Assembly (NCBI GenBank): GCA_963774515.1
Contig: CAVZFK010000026.1
Span: 119,461 to 183,460, forward strand
DNA from: an uncultured Acidobacteriota bacterium
GTDB taxonomy: Bacteria; Acidobacteriota; Terriglobia; Terriglobales; Acidobacteriaceae
Reading direction: 5' to 3'
Length of the DNA: 64,000 nucleotides
The notes below the pieces were generated by a model that searched no databases, was not told where the DNA came from, and saw only the letters and a list, made by a program, of their open reading frames with translations. A program made the translations under genes and the position numbers. Positions within the stretch are counted from its first letter, which is position 1; each line of letters starts with the position of its first letter. Below are positions 20,081-30,300 of this stretch, one piece after another.

Positions 20081-20841
20081 GTCTGAATCATCGCACCGCC
20101 TTGGTCACCGGCGCCAGCAAAGGAGTAGGCAAAGGCATAGCCTTGGCTCTGGGACGGGCCGGATGCAACATCGCCGTGAATTATTTCTCCGACGCTGGCG
20201 GAGCTGACGACACCGTCTCCGAGCTGAAAAACATGGGAGTGGATGCGTTTCCTGTTTTCGGGAATGTCGGTAGCGCCTCCGACGTGAAAGCTATGTTTGC
20301 TGCGTTCGATGAGCGGTTTCAGCACATCGATATTCTGGTGAATAATGCAGGCGTTCAAACCTGGGGACCATTGCTCGACCTGGAAGAAGCGGAATGGGAC
20401 CGAGTCATCGATACAAATCTGAAAGGGTGCTTTCTCTGCACCCAGGCTGCGGGCAGAAGAATGCGAAGCCGGTCATGCGGTGTGATCGTCAACATCGGTT
20501 CCGGAAGCAACAAGCACCCTTTTCCAAATCTCGCCTCCTATACGACAAGTAAGGGCGGAATTGAGATGTTTACCAAAGCTGCCGCGGTCGAATTGGGACC
20601 CTATGGAATCCGCGTGAACTGCGTTGCTCCCGGCGCTATTGCGATCGAACGTACAGAGTTGGAAGCACCCGGTTATAGTGACGCGTGGGCACAGATCACG
20701 CCATTGAGACGAATTGGAGTGCCGCAGGACGTCGGCGATCTTGTCGTTTTTCTGGCGACGGAACAAGCTTCCTTCATCACCGGACAAACAATCTGGGTGG
20801 ATGGCGCGCGCCTTCACGCAGCCACGATGGCCGCACGATAA
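20077..20841 (+). CDS. Short-chain dehydrogenase/reductase (SDR)
   Basis: The cofactor motif TGASKGVGKGIA, NNAG and catalytic YTTSK are all present. Confidence 0.85.
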   Translation: MSLNHRTALVTGASKGVGKGIALALGRAGCNIAVNYFSDAGGADDTVSELKNMGVDAFPVFGNVGSASDVKAMFAAFDERFQHIDILVNNAGVQTWGPLLDLEEAEWDRVIDTNLKGCFLCTQAAGRRMRSRSCGVIVNIGSGSNKHPFPNLASYTTSKGGIEMFTKAAAVELGPYGIRVNCVAPGAIAIERTELEAPGYSDAWAQITPLRRIGVPQDVGDLVVFLATEQASFITGQTIWVDGARLHAATMAAR

Positions 20842-20875
20842 ATATCAGAACTGATGACTTCAACTTTCCATTCCG

Positions 20876-22837
20876 ATGAATAAAATATCTCTTCTGTCGG
20901 TGCTGGAGACTCCGGATCGCGAACTGTTGGATGTCGTCACGCATGCTCCGGGGCCGGCGGGACAATTGCCGTTGACACCGGAAATGCTGTTGCAACTGCC
21001 ATCGGGAAATCTCTTCGGTCTCAGCCAAAACGTCGGTATGGGCTGGTCGCCGCTAGAACTGTTAGGCCCTGAAGTCCTGCTGTTAAGCACCCACGGTGGA
21101 ATTCGCGCAGAAGACGGTGCGCCTGTCGCGCTCGGCTTTCACACCGGCCACTGGGAAGTAGGTTTGCTGGTCGCGGAGGCGGCGCGTGCGCTGAAGGCAG
21201 CGGGCGCGGTGCCGTTTGCCGCCTATTGCACCGACCCTTGCGACGGGCGAACCCAGGGCACAACGGGTATGTTCGACTCCTTGCCGTTTCGTAATGATGC
21301 GGCGACGGTATTTCGCCGACTCATGCGGTCACTGCCCACCAGAAAAGGCGTTGTCGGATTCGCCACCTGCGACAAGGGTTTGCCCGCAATGATGATGGCA
21401 CTCGCCTCGGCGCAATCCGTCCCAACCGTGCTGGTGCCCGGTGGCGTCACACTGCTGCCGGAACAAGGAGAAGATGCCGGCGTCGTGCAAACCATCGGCG
21501 CGAGGTTCGCTCATGGAGAAATTGCGCTCGACTACGCTGCGGAAGTAGGATGTCGCACCTGCGCCACTCCCGGCGGCGGATGCCAGTTCCTGGGCACGGC
21601 GGCAACGGCGCAAGTGATTGGGGAGGCGCTTGGCCTTTCCCTTCCGCATACAGCACTGGCGCCATCTGGTCACGCGATCTGGCTAGATGCGGCGAATCGT
21701 TCTGCGAAAGCATTGCTGCGGCTGCTCGAACAGGGCTTGGGAACTCGCGACTTCCTTCGTCAGGAATCGATCCACAATGCAATGGTGTTGCATGCAGCGT
21801 TTGGCGGATCGACAAATCTGCTGCTGCATCTTCCTGCGATTGCATTCCACGCCGGATTGCAGCGGCCGACCGCTGCGGATTGGGTACAAGTGAACCGCTC
21901 CGTGCCGCGCCTGGTGGATGCATTGCCGAACGGTCCGAACAATTTCGCCACGGTCCAGGTCTTCATGGCTGGCGGCGTTCCTGAAGTGATGTTGCATTTG
22001 CGGCGCGCCGGATTGATTGATACCGGCGTGTTAACGGCCTCTGGATCGACCTTGGATGAAAGTCTGGACTGGTGGCAGCAAAGCGAACGTCGTCATGCGC
22101 TGCGTGCGCGACTAAAAGATCTGGACGGGATCGATGCGGATGATGTCATCATGGGGCCCGATCGCGCCAGGGCTCGCGGACTGACGCCGACTCTTTGTTT
22201 CCCCGTCGGCAATATTGCTGTCGAAGGTTCGGTGATCAAGAGTACGGCCATCGATTCGTCGCTTGTTGATGCGTCCGGAATTTTCCGAATGACAGGACCG
22301 GCCAGAGTTTTCATTTCCGAAACGTCTGCAATCAAAGCCATCAAGGATGACACGATTCAGCCGGGGGACATCCTGGTATTGATCTGTGGCGGCCCCATGG
22401 GATCCGGCATGCAGGAGATTTATCAAGTGACCTCCGCGTTGAAGCATCTCGCCCATGGAAAGCACGTGGCTTTGATTACGGATGCACGATTCAGCGGCGT
22501 CTCTACAGGCGCATGCATTGGACATGTTTCACCGGAGGCGCTGGCGGGTGGGAGTGTCGGCAAAATCATCGATGGCGACATGATTGAAATTGTGATCGAC
22601 CGGATCAAGCTGGAAGGTTCGGTGAACTTTGTCGGCGAAGCGGCGGAAAGGTTCGATGCGGAAGAGGGTTCGCGTCGGCTAACTCTGCGGCCGTTGCGCG
22701 GCGATCTTGCTCCTGACCCCAATTTGCCCGACGATACGCGACTCTGGGCCGCGCTGATTCACGCCAGCGGCGGAGTTTGGGGCGGGTGCGTTTACGACAC
22801 TGACTCCATCCTCCGGGCCCTGGCTGTAACAGATTGA
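20876..22837 (+). CDS. yjhG: IlvD/Edd-family sugar-acid dehydratase of the YjhG/YagF (D-xylonate dehydratase) type
   Basis: At 653 aa, the N-terminal region (...[25 protein letters not shown]..., [24 protein letters not shown]) resembles E. coli YjhG/YagF as I remember it. Confidence 0.8.
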   Translation: MNKISLLSVLETPDRELLDVVTHAPGPAGQLPLTPEMLLQLPSGNLFGLSQNVGMGWSPLELLGPEVLLLSTHGGIRAEDGAPVALGFHTGHWEVGLLVAEAARALKAAGAVPFAAYCTDPCDGRTQGTTGMFDSLPFRNDAATVFRRLMRSLPTRKGVVGFATCDKGLPAMMMALASAQSVPTVLVPGGVTLLPEQGEDAGVVQTIGARFAHGEIALDYAAEVGCRTCATPGGGCQFLGTAATAQVIGEALGLSLPHTALAPSGHAIWLDAANRSAKALLRLLEQGLGTRDFLRQESIHNAMVLHAAFGGSTNLLLHLPAIAFHAGLQRPTAADWVQVNRSVPRLVDALPNGPNNFATVQVFMAGGVPEVMLHLRRAGLIDTGVLTASGSTLDESLDWWQQSERRHALRARLKDLDGIDADDVIMGPDRARARGLTPTLCFPVGNIAVEGSVIKSTAIDSSLVDASGIFRMTGPARVFISETSAIKAIKDDTIQPGDILVLICGGPMGSGMQEIYQVTSALKHLAHGKHVALITDARFSGVSTGACIGHVSPEALAGGSVGKIIDGDMIEIVIDRIKLEGSVNFVGEAAERFDAEEGSRRLTLRPLRGDLAPDPNLPDDTRLWAALIHASGGVWGGCVYDTDSILRALAVTD

Positions 22838-22896
22838 TGGGGCTTTCAACAGTAGCTTTATCCCCAAGGCCAGCCTATCCGAGCGGCGAAATGGCA

Positions 22897-22930
22897 GCGA
22901 CATGAGACGCCGATTGGCCCCTCATGTCGC
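22897..22930. terminator. Perfect 10-bp hairpin between convergent genes (possible bidirectional terminator)
   Basis: The stem is gcgacatgag/ctcatgtcgc with a 14-nt loop. The flanking T-tracts are weak. Confidence 0.35.
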
Positions 22931-22954
22931 CTATCGTCTTAAGTCCAGCAGGTT

Positions 22955-23455
22955 TTAGTGGTGACCGCCGCCCTGGCTTCCGCCGCTGGGATGACCGCCA
23001 CTCGGATGACCGCCGCCGCTGTTGCCACCGCCGTGGCTTGATCCGCCGTGATATCCCGGAAGAGCGTGTTCCGAACTTGCACTATGTCCAGCGTTGCCAG
23101 TGTGGCCTTGTCCATCCCGAGCTTCGTTGCCATGGAAATTGTTAAACTGCTCGGCACCGCGTGCAGGTAACGGACCATGGTATCCATGGCGGGGATCATA
23201 CCGGTTGTCGACATGGCCATAAAAACCGTGCGGGCCGTGGAACCATGGGCCGGCTCCAAGAAACACACCGCCGACAAACCAGTCTGGACCATAGTAGCCG
23301 TACGGAGCGCAGTCGTAAGGTGCGTAGTCAAAATACCCATAAGGGCACACCGGTGCGACTCCAATATTGATGGACACCTGAGCTGGTGCTGCGGATGCAT
23401 AGCTGAACAGGGCACCCGCGACGATCGAGAGAGTAAGAGCTTTGAGGTAGGACAT
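22955..23455 (-). CDS. Small secreted protein with an aromatic/Gly/Pro-rich core and a His/Gly-rich C-terminal tail
   Basis: A signal peptide (MSYLKALTLSIVAGALFSYASAAPAQ) is present. The tail reads HGGSSHGGGNSGGGHPSGGHPSGGSQGGGHH*. Confidence 0.6.
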   Translation of the reverse strand: MSYLKALTLSIVAGALFSYASAAPAQVSINIGVAPVCPYGYFDYAPYDCAPYGYYGPDWFVGGVFLGAGPWFHGPHGFYGHVDNRYDPRHGYHGPLPARGAEQFNNFHGNEARDGQGHTGNAGHSASSEHALPGYHGGSSHGGGNSGGGHPSGGHPSGGSQGGGHH

Positions 23456-23501
23456 TGTGCCTCCTTAGTGCGCCAATTATAAGCTTGAGGTCGAGAGCCG
23501 C

Positions 23502-24053
23502 TTAGGAAGAAGTTTTCGGTGATCTAGGTTGCCACAGTTCAATCGGGTTTCCTTCCGGATCATGCAAGTGTGCGAACCGATCATGGGAATCTGATTGCGG
23601 GTCAATCTTTACCGCAATGCCGGCAGCTTGTAGCTGCGCGGCCATTTTTTCCAGATTGCGCACACGGAAATTGATCATCCAGACTTTTGCCGGATCGCCA
23701 AAATAATGGGTCGTTTCCGGAAATGGATCGAAAATGGTCGGCCCTGCCTCTTGCTCCCAGACCGGCGCTTCGTAGCTTGTAGGCGCCAGCGTGATTCCCA
23801 AGTGCTGCTGGTACCACATAGCTAGCCCTTTCGGATCATGGGCACGGAAGAAGAAACCGCCAATTCCCGTCACCTTTTCCGTTTCCGTTGCGGAAGGCTT
23901 TCGCTGTTGATCGGCTGCTACGGCATCAGCGGGAGTGTTTGTTGGCTTCGCCGCTGTCTGTGCAGCCATGCGAAGGGAATTGCGGCCGAAGAGGAAGCCG
24001 GATCCACAAGCTAGAGAAATAGTTCGAAGCAGTTGGCGCCTTTGAAAGGCCAT
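23502..24053 (-). CDS. VOC (glyoxalase/bleomycin-resistance/dioxygenase) family protein with a Tat-type signal
   Basis: The twin-arginine N-terminus is MAFQRRQLLRTISLA. The VOC-like core is VTGIGGFFFRAHDPKGLAMWYQQHLGI...FAHLHDPEGNPIELWQP. Confidence 0.75.
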   Translation of the reverse strand: MAFQRRQLLRTISLACGSGFLFGRNSLRMAAQTAAKPTNTPADAVAADQQRKPSATETEKVTGIGGFFFRAHDPKGLAMWYQQHLGITLAPTSYEAPVWEQEAGPTIFDPFPETTHYFGDPAKVWMINFRVRNLEKMAAQLQAAGIAVKIDPQSDSHDRFAHLHDPEGNPIELWQPRSPKTSS

Positions 24054-24239
24054 TCCATCTTCCTTTCAGGTGGAACTCGATTCGATCCATGATATCCGAA
24101 CAGGGAAGCTCCACTCTTCGACATTGAAGCGATGGGAAGGTTGGATCGCGGGAAACGTGATCGCTGCTCAGAACCACGCGAAGTCACTACTGGGAAGCAG
24201 TCAAATTTTGCGCGGCTAAATGCTCGGCAACATGCCGAC

Positions 24240-25529
24240 TTAGCAGAATCTTGTCTTCTTCCATAACCACCATCCTGCGCCGAGAAAAGTCAGCAGTAAA
24301 AGTGCCATGAGTCCATTCGCCCAGATCATGTGCATCGGTATTGGCGGGCGTTTGGCTTTTATCGCAAGCGCGACGAAGACGCCGCTGGCGACGATCGCAA
24401 TCGCGTAATCCCACCATCGCCGATCCTTTGTGGAGTTGTCCGCAGAATCTCGTCCGGTTTGCGTGTCCAGCACGCGAACGTAATCCAGCGAATAGCGATC
24501 GCATTCGCGGAGAATGGCCTGCCGGGTAGCTGCATGCTCCTCGCTACTCGCCACGGATGTGCTGATCCCAAGTGTGCCAAGCAGCATCACAACAGACCCG
24601 GCAATGACGATGACATGATGCATCGCTCCTGTAGCCGCGAGGCCGCCAAAGACTAAAGCGCCCCAGGCGAGCCCCCATAATTGATTCGTATTGGAAAGAG
24701 GGATAGCGCGGCCAATCCCAACATATTTGGTTGAATATTGTTGAAACAGGTCGCCGATGACCCAGCAAAATCCGCCGAGGAACAACCAGAAAATGGCGGT
24801 CTGAGAAGATCGCAATTGGGAAATAAGGGGACGAAATCCTCCGCCCAGCCCAAGGCTCAGCACAAGCATCATTCCCAGCTCTCCAACTGTGAACACTGTG
24901 ACGAATGACAGTGGATTCATGCCGCTGAGATACGCCTTGCGATAAGGAATGTACATTGTGCCCCACATCAGACTCGCGCCCGCGGCAGCGAGAATTCCTT
25001 CCCTTGCGTGCGCCGGGGCAATCCGCGATCCGTGCGTTGAACTGTAAGCCAGCATCAGTGCCGCCAGCAATATCGCTAACGTTCCACCTAACACCTTCAG
25101 CCAATTTCTTGCGCGGGCACCTCGCAGTTCGTTGAACAGGAGCCATCCCCAGAAAATTCCAACCAGGCAGTTCGTGTTCCACAGAGGAAACGCAATAGAA
25201 AGCCCGACATCGCGGATGGCGAAAACCGTCAGGGTATTCGCAACCGCCCAGAGAGCACCCGCTAACGCTCCCCACACGATCAGATGTCGATTCTCTTTCA
25301 GATCGGCGAAGATGTAGTCGCTTCCCTTCAGCACGGTGGGGATCGTCCAGCGCGCAACAAACACACCCGCGACCATGCAGAGAGAAACAGCAAACGGAGA
25401 AATGGCTGCACTGGCAATCTTGACGGGAACTTCTGCGCCGCCCAGCCACGCTCCTGCAGCTAGCCCGCAAATAATTCCGACACCGTGGGTCGATTGCAGC
25501 GGAGAAGCTGCGCGATCTACCTTGTTCAA
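24240..25529 (-). CDS. GRP/DMT-like sugar-transporter-type membrane protein with an extra C-terminal 2-TM extension
   Basis: About 10 TM helices are present, with a GRP-like mid-protein motif (LFNELRGARARNWLKVLGG). It is divergent from the myo-inositol oxygenase gene. Confidence 0.55.
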   Translation of the reverse strand: MNKVDRAASPLQSTHGVGIICGLAAGAWLGGAEVPVKIASAAISPFAVSLCMVAGVFVARWTIPTVLKGSDYIFADLKENRHLIVWGALAGALWAVANTLTVFAIRDVGLSIAFPLWNTNCLVGIFWGWLLFNELRGARARNWLKVLGGTLAILLAALMLAYSSTHGSRIAPAHAREGILAAAGASLMWGTMYIPYRKAYLSGMNPLSFVTVFTVGELGMMLVLSLGLGGGFRPLISQLRSSQTAIFWLFLGGFCWVIGDLFQQYSTKYVGIGRAIPLSNTNQLWGLAWGALVFGGLAATGAMHHVIVIAGSVVMLLGTLGISTSVASSEEHAATRQAILRECDRYSLDYVRVLDTQTGRDSADNSTKDRRWWDYAIAIVASGVFVALAIKAKRPPIPMHMIWANGLMALLLLTFLGAGWWLWKKTRFC

Positions 25530-25804
25530 ATTTCATCTCCCTATCGCAAGTACAACAAGAGTGCGATGCCAATCACGAGTACCGCGACAGGAATCCAGAA
25601 ATGGCTATCGGTCAAAATGGCTTTCAACATAGAAATTCTTTCGAGCTAGATTACGGTAGCTGCGAGATTCTCGCTATGTCAATTTCGACCGCTCTAATTG
25701 GGCCGCGGAGAATCTGAGCTGCGATGTTGGATTGCGTGAAATTGATTTGCGGTCCTCTTCTCCATCGCCGTAAGATAAGGTCACTCGTTTCCCAGGAGTT
25801 GATC

Positions 25805-26659
25805 ATGAATCCTCAAACTGCTGATAATCCGCTAAAAAAACTTGATGACTGGGACGACTTTGTTGCCTCGCGCTACAAGCAGAATAAGGATCGTGAAGAG
25901 TTTCGCAATTATGATCCCGATGCGAATCCTGGGGTCGCGGAATTCTATCGGCAGAATCACGCGTTACAAACGGTCGACTTCGTGCAGGCAAAGGAACGTG
26001 AATATCTGCCGCTCCAGAAAGAAAAGAAATCAATCTGGGAAGCGGCGGAATTTCTTAACTCCCTGGTCGACGACAGCGATCCCGATACGGACTTGTCGCA
26101 GATCGATCACCTGCTGCAGACCTCGGAAGCGATTCGAAAAGACGGCCATCCACGCTGGTTCGTTCTCACCGGCTTCATCCACGACTTAGGCAAGGTCCTC
26201 TGTCTCTATGGTGAGCCGCAGTGGGCTGTAGTCGGCGATACATTCCCAGTTGGATGTGCTTACTCGAACGAGATCGTCTATTCCGAATATTTCCGCGCGA
26301 ACGCGGATTCCAAGAATCCTTTGTATCAGGACTTATATGGCATTTATGAACCTCATTGTGGGTTAGAAAATGTTCACATGTCCTGGGGACACGATGAATA
26401 CATTTACCAGGTGACAAAGAATTACCTGCCTGAACCGGCGCACTATATGTTGCGCTATCATTCCTTCTACTCGGCCCATAAACATGGCGCCTATCGTCAC
26501 TTAATGTCTCCTCACGATGAGGAAATGTTTCAATGGGTTCGCAAGTTCAACCCATACGATCTCTACTCCAAGAGTGCGGCGAAGCCGAACCTGCCGGAAA
26601 TTCTTCCGTACTATCAGGACCTGATCGCGGAATATTTCCCCGACAAGATTCATTGGTAG
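25805..26659 (+). CDS. myo-Inositol oxygenase (MIOX, HD-domain di-iron oxygenase)
   Basis: MIOX-typical blocks are present: [53 protein letters not shown] and the ending ...DKIHW*. ATG 25805 is preferred over the ORF-track start. Confidence 0.85.
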   Translation: MNPQTADNPLKKLDDWDDFVASRYKQNKDREEFRNYDPDANPGVAEFYRQNHALQTVDFVQAKEREYLPLQKEKKSIWEAAEFLNSLVDDSDPDTDLSQIDHLLQTSEAIRKDGHPRWFVLTGFIHDLGKVLCLYGEPQWAVVGDTFPVGCAYSNEIVYSEYFRANADSKNPLYQDLYGIYEPHCGLENVHMSWGHDEYIYQVTKNYLPEPAHYMLRYHSFYSAHKHGAYRHLMSPHDEEMFQWVRKFNPYDLYSKSAAKPNLPEILPYYQDLIAEYFPDKIHW

Positions 26660-26706
26660 TTATCGCACGATTTCATCATCCCCGCTGAGCGGCTTTAAGC
26701 GTTGCG

Positions 26707-28884
26707 TCATCTAGCAGCGGATGAGCTTGTCGGCGTCAACTGCACATGCAGCGGCCGCGTCGATTGTCGCTGGATCCAGATCACCAGGTCGGTACCATTC
26801 AGCCGATGAACATATCCCATCCGAAAATCTTTTCCCCATGGCGCTAACTTGCCATCGATCGCAAGCCTCACATTTCCTTCGCCCCAGTTTCGAATCACGA
26901 TTGCAGGATCAACTATCGGCGAAGCATCGCTGGCTTCCAAGGTGAGCGTCAGTTTATCGGTGGCTTGCGCAGCAGTATGCGTCAATACGTACGCACGCTG
27001 CGTTGGATCGTATCCATCGTTTTGGTAGGCCGAGCCGTCTACTTGCATCTTTGGCGGACTCAGCCACGACTTCGCCAGCGGAAGCAGTTCGGGCGGTGAT
27101 TTTGTGGTCAAGCCATCCATCATGATCTTCGTTGCTGTGTTTTCGCCCTTTGAATACACCTTCCAGTAGAGATGAGACAGCGAAGAGTGGGAGGCTCGAT
27201 CATCGGTGACGCACGGTCTGTCGCTGGAAGCGATCTGTGCCACAGGCCAGTGATTCCAGCAGAGAAAGTTGAAGTAGCTATTTTCATTGTTGTAAATATC
27301 GGCGCTGGCACCATCTGCCGAAACTATCTGAAAGGGCTTCCATTCGGACTTCATGTTCACTAACTGGATATTCGGATCCGGCGGCCCATTCACCGGGCCC
27401 GGGCCCACCGGATTTGCCAAAACTCCGGCAGCTTTTTGTCCCCAGGTATATGTTTTGCTTGCGCCCTGCATGTTTTCAAGCGTGATCGCGTTCAGATTAA
27501 TGTCGTCATCCGGCGTGTTTCCGGGTTGATGCAGCACGATCGTCTCCTGCCACTCATGCAGCCGATTCGCTTCCGTGCTGTGCAGCACCTGTTTGCGAAT
27601 CGCCACGCCATCCGGATATACGGTCCAATATTCATCGGCCCAATCTGTCCAGCCTGTTTGCGGATCTGGCCATGCGCCCTTATATTTCTCCACCTCAGCC
27701 AGGGCATATCGCCAGTGAACGACGACGCGGGCGTCATTGCTCTCAAGAATATTGACACGAGAGTAGCGGCTCTGCTTGTCCGACATCGGCTCACAATCGC
27801 CACCGCCCGGACAACCCGATTCCCACGTTTCAAGGAATTCATCGGTGTACCACTTGTCGTTCTCCGTCACCCACGCCGGAATGTAATTGGTGCCTTGCCA
27901 GAACACCAGACGCACTGGGGACTGATCGAACCGCACCACCACGTCAGAATCCGGTCCCAAGCGCCGCATGCGATCCCAGGTGTCCTGATATTTCAGGGTC
28001 GTGTAGTACGCGCCAAAACGCCCTGCACCGGCTGGCCCCGAAGGCATCTTCGGCCAGGGCAGCACATCCCCGGAAGGAGCTTTTACTCCCGAATAGTCAT
28101 GTGCAATCTCGCCCGCCCCTCGGCCACGGTTGTAGATTGCCAGCTCATCCAAATCGCCGTCGAAGGAGTACCAGATCGGGTATTGCGGGCGAACCGACGC
28201 CTCCGGAAACGGCAATGTCGCGTGGCGAATTCGCCCAATCAACAAATCCTTACTGGCGGGTGAGAACTCACCCTGCACAGCCAACTGGCCCACGGGCGCA
28301 CCATTCACATACAGTCGCAGCCATTGCTGCCCGTCAGATGTTTCCAGGGTTCCGGCGATATGAACCCACTTCTTCAATGGAAGCGTGGTCTTGGAGCTGA
28401 GTCTCTGCCACTGTCCGTTGATCGCAGCGTTCAATCCGACGTGGCCGAACGCGTCAATCCCCAAAAAATATCCGGCCTGTTGCTCGTCCTCCTGATCGAC
28501 AATAGGAACCCAGTTCCAAGGATAGGTATTCAACGCTATCCAGGCTTCAATCGTAAAGCCATTTTTCCCGATGACGGGCGCATCGTGAAGCGGAACCGTC
28601 ATGCTGGTTGTGTAGCCGTCGAATCTCAGGGCATCCCCGGAAACTCCAGCCACATAGCTATAGAAACCATCCAGCCTGCCCTTGACGCCCCGAACGGAGT
28701 CGACCGGCATAGCTGTCTCGCCACGAACAAATGACCATTGCGCCACGGGAGCGGCGGTTTGCCCGTTCGAGATGCCACCGAGGACAGCGCATGCCAGAAG
28801 CGCAAGGACTGCGCGCCGCATGTCGGTACGTTTCCGCATCGACATGGGCGAAGTACCGGACATTGGCTTCTTGAAACGTTTCAT
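26707..28884 (-). CDS. Secreted LamG/concanavalin-A-like lectin domain protein with a large uncharacterised C-terminal domain (probable carbohydrate-active protein)
   Basis: A signal peptide (MRRAVLALLACAVLGG) is present. The LamG-like block reads GDALRFDGYTTSMTV...GFTIEAWIALNTYPWNWVPIVDQ. The start is uncertain (28965, 28884 or a later ATG). Confidence 0.6.
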   Translation of the reverse strand: MKRFKKPMSGTSPMSMRKRTDMRRAVLALLACAVLGGISNGQTAAPVAQWSFVRGETAMPVDSVRGVKGRLDGFYSYVAGVSGDALRFDGYTTSMTVPLHDAPVIGKNGFTIEAWIALNTYPWNWVPIVDQEDEQQAGYFLGIDAFGHVGLNAAINGQWQRLSSKTTLPLKKWVHIAGTLETSDGQQWLRLYVNGAPVGQLAVQGEFSPASKDLLIGRIRHATLPFPEASVRPQYPIWYSFDGDLDELAIYNRGRGAGEIAHDYSGVKAPSGDVLPWPKMPSGPAGAGRFGAYYTTLKYQDTWDRMRRLGPDSDVVVRFDQSPVRLVFWQGTNYIPAWVTENDKWYTDEFLETWESGCPGGGDCEPMSDKQSRYSRVNILESNDARVVVHWRYALAEVEKYKGAWPDPQTGWTDWADEYWTVYPDGVAIRKQVLHSTEANRLHEWQETIVLHQPGNTPDDDINLNAITLENMQGASKTYTWGQKAAGVLANPVGPGPVNGPPDPNIQLVNMKSEWKPFQIVSADGASADIYNNENSYFNFLCWNHWPVAQIASSDRPCVTDDRASHSSLSHLYWKVYSKGENTATKIMMDGLTTKSPPELLPLAKSWLSPPKMQVDGSAYQNDGYDPTQRAYVLTHTAAQATDKLTLTLEASDASPIVDPAIVIRNWGEGNVRLAIDGKLAPWGKDFRMGYVHRLNGTDLVIWIQRQSTRPLHVQLTPTSSSAAR

Positions 28885-29062
28885 ATAGGAGCCGTGCTGA
28901 CTATACTTCTCTACAGATTTCTGTGTCAAGGCGAGCTGCGGTAGATCGCGTTCGTCGTTTGCCATTTGGCTTCCGCCTCAACTCGTTTCTCTAGACCTTA
29001 CAACATTCAACCATGAAAAATGATGCAAGACTGACCGGGAAGCGCTACTATAAGTCGTCCGC

Positions 29063-29076
29063 TTGAATCGATTCAA
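29063..29076. promoter_or_regulatory. Perfect 14-bp palindrome TTGAATCGATTCAA (LacI-family-type operator candidate) 44 nt upstream of the URO-D-family gene
   Basis: Read directly from the sequence. It has a CG centre and TGAA/TTCA arms, as in LacI/PurR-type operators. Confidence 0.45.
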
Positions 29077-29119
29077 ATTGAACACGAAACCAACTCCGCG
29101 ATCGAAGGAGAGCCCGTCA

Positions 29120-30277
29120 ATGACCTCGAGAGAGCGCATGCTTGCAGCACTGACCGGCACGCTGCCCGATCGGCTCCCTGTCACCACGCACCATGTCATG
29201 CCTTTCTATCTTGACCGATGCCTGGACGGCATCAGCATTCAAGAATTTTTCGACAAATTTTCACTGGACGCGATCTTATGGACAATGCCACACAAGCCCA
29301 TGCCGGGCTCTGGCGACTTCATGGATCCTTTACAGGGCTATATCAACTTTCTGGAAAGCCCTCGTGTGGCCAACGATGCATGGCGCATCTTCCCGCAGGA
29401 CGTTAGTCGGGACGGGAGAAAGTTCACTCGCTTCTGCTTCCAAACTGCAGACGGCGCGCTGACGACTGTGCTTGAAGAAGTGGAATATACCGCCTGGGTC
29501 GCCGAACCGCTGATCAAGAAGAAACGTGACATCGACATGATCGCAGCCTACATGACCACGCCGACCTGTGATGTTGAAGCGGTGAACGAATCTGCCGCCT
29601 CCTTCGGCGAAAGAGGTATCGTCCGCGGCCTGATCCCATGTTTTGATGTCTTTGGCCAGCCCGGCTGCTGGCAGGACGCAGCCTGCCTGGTGGGCACGGA
29701 AGCACTGATTCTAGCTGCAATCGACGATCCCGAATGGGTGCATGAATTGCTGACCATTCTGCAGCACCGCAAGCTGACATTCATCGAATCGCTCGCAGGC
29801 GCGCACTATGATCTGCTTGAGCTGGGAGGAGGTGATGGGTCGGCGAGCGTGATCTCGCCGCGATTGTTTGAAGAGTTTGTCGCTCCTTACGATGCCCCAC
29901 TGATTGAAGCTGCCCATCGCGTCGGGCAACGCATCGTCTATCACCTGTGCGGAAAAATTATGCCGATGCTGGAACTGACCCTGCAAATGGGAACGGACGC
30001 GATTGAGACTTTCACGCCGGTGGGAATGGGCGGGGATACGAACCTGGCCGCGGCCCGAGCCCGCGTTGGAGATCGCGCCTGCATGATCGGGGGATTTGAT
30101 CAGCTACATTTCTTCACTGGCTGCGATGCCCAGACAACGCGTCGCGAAGTACGCCGCTGTTTCGAAGAGGCAGGTCTGAATGGGCGATTTATTTTGAGCC
30201 CGTCAGACCACTTCTTCGATGCCCGCTCGGAATTGGTGCATGCGTTTGCGGACGAAGCAGCGAAGTGCCTCTACTGA
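29120..30277 (+). CDS. Uroporphyrinogen decarboxylase (URO-D) superfamily protein (MtaA/CmuA-like), function unknown
   Basis: The N-terminus MTSRERMLAALTGTLPDRLPV is typical of URO-D-like proteins. A strong SD (GAAGGAGAG) lies 8 nt before ATG 29120. Confidence 0.7.
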   Translation: MTSRERMLAALTGTLPDRLPVTTHHVMPFYLDRCLDGISIQEFFDKFSLDAILWTMPHKPMPGSGDFMDPLQGYINFLESPRVANDAWRIFPQDVSRDGRKFTRFCFQTADGALTTVLEEVEYTAWVAEPLIKKKRDIDMIAAYMTTPTCDVEAVNESAASFGERGIVRGLIPCFDVFGQPGCWQDAACLVGTEALILAAIDDPEWVHELLTILQHRKLTFIESLAGAHYDLLELGGGDGSASVISPRLFEEFVAPYDAPLIEAAHRVGQRIVYHLCGKIMPMLELTLQMGTDAIETFTPVGMGGDTNLAAARARVGDRACMIGGFDQLHFFTGCDAQTTRREVRRCFEEAGLNGRFILSPSDHFFDARSELVHAFADEAAKCLY

Positions 30278-30300
30278 ATCGTTATCGGCAAATTATGACT

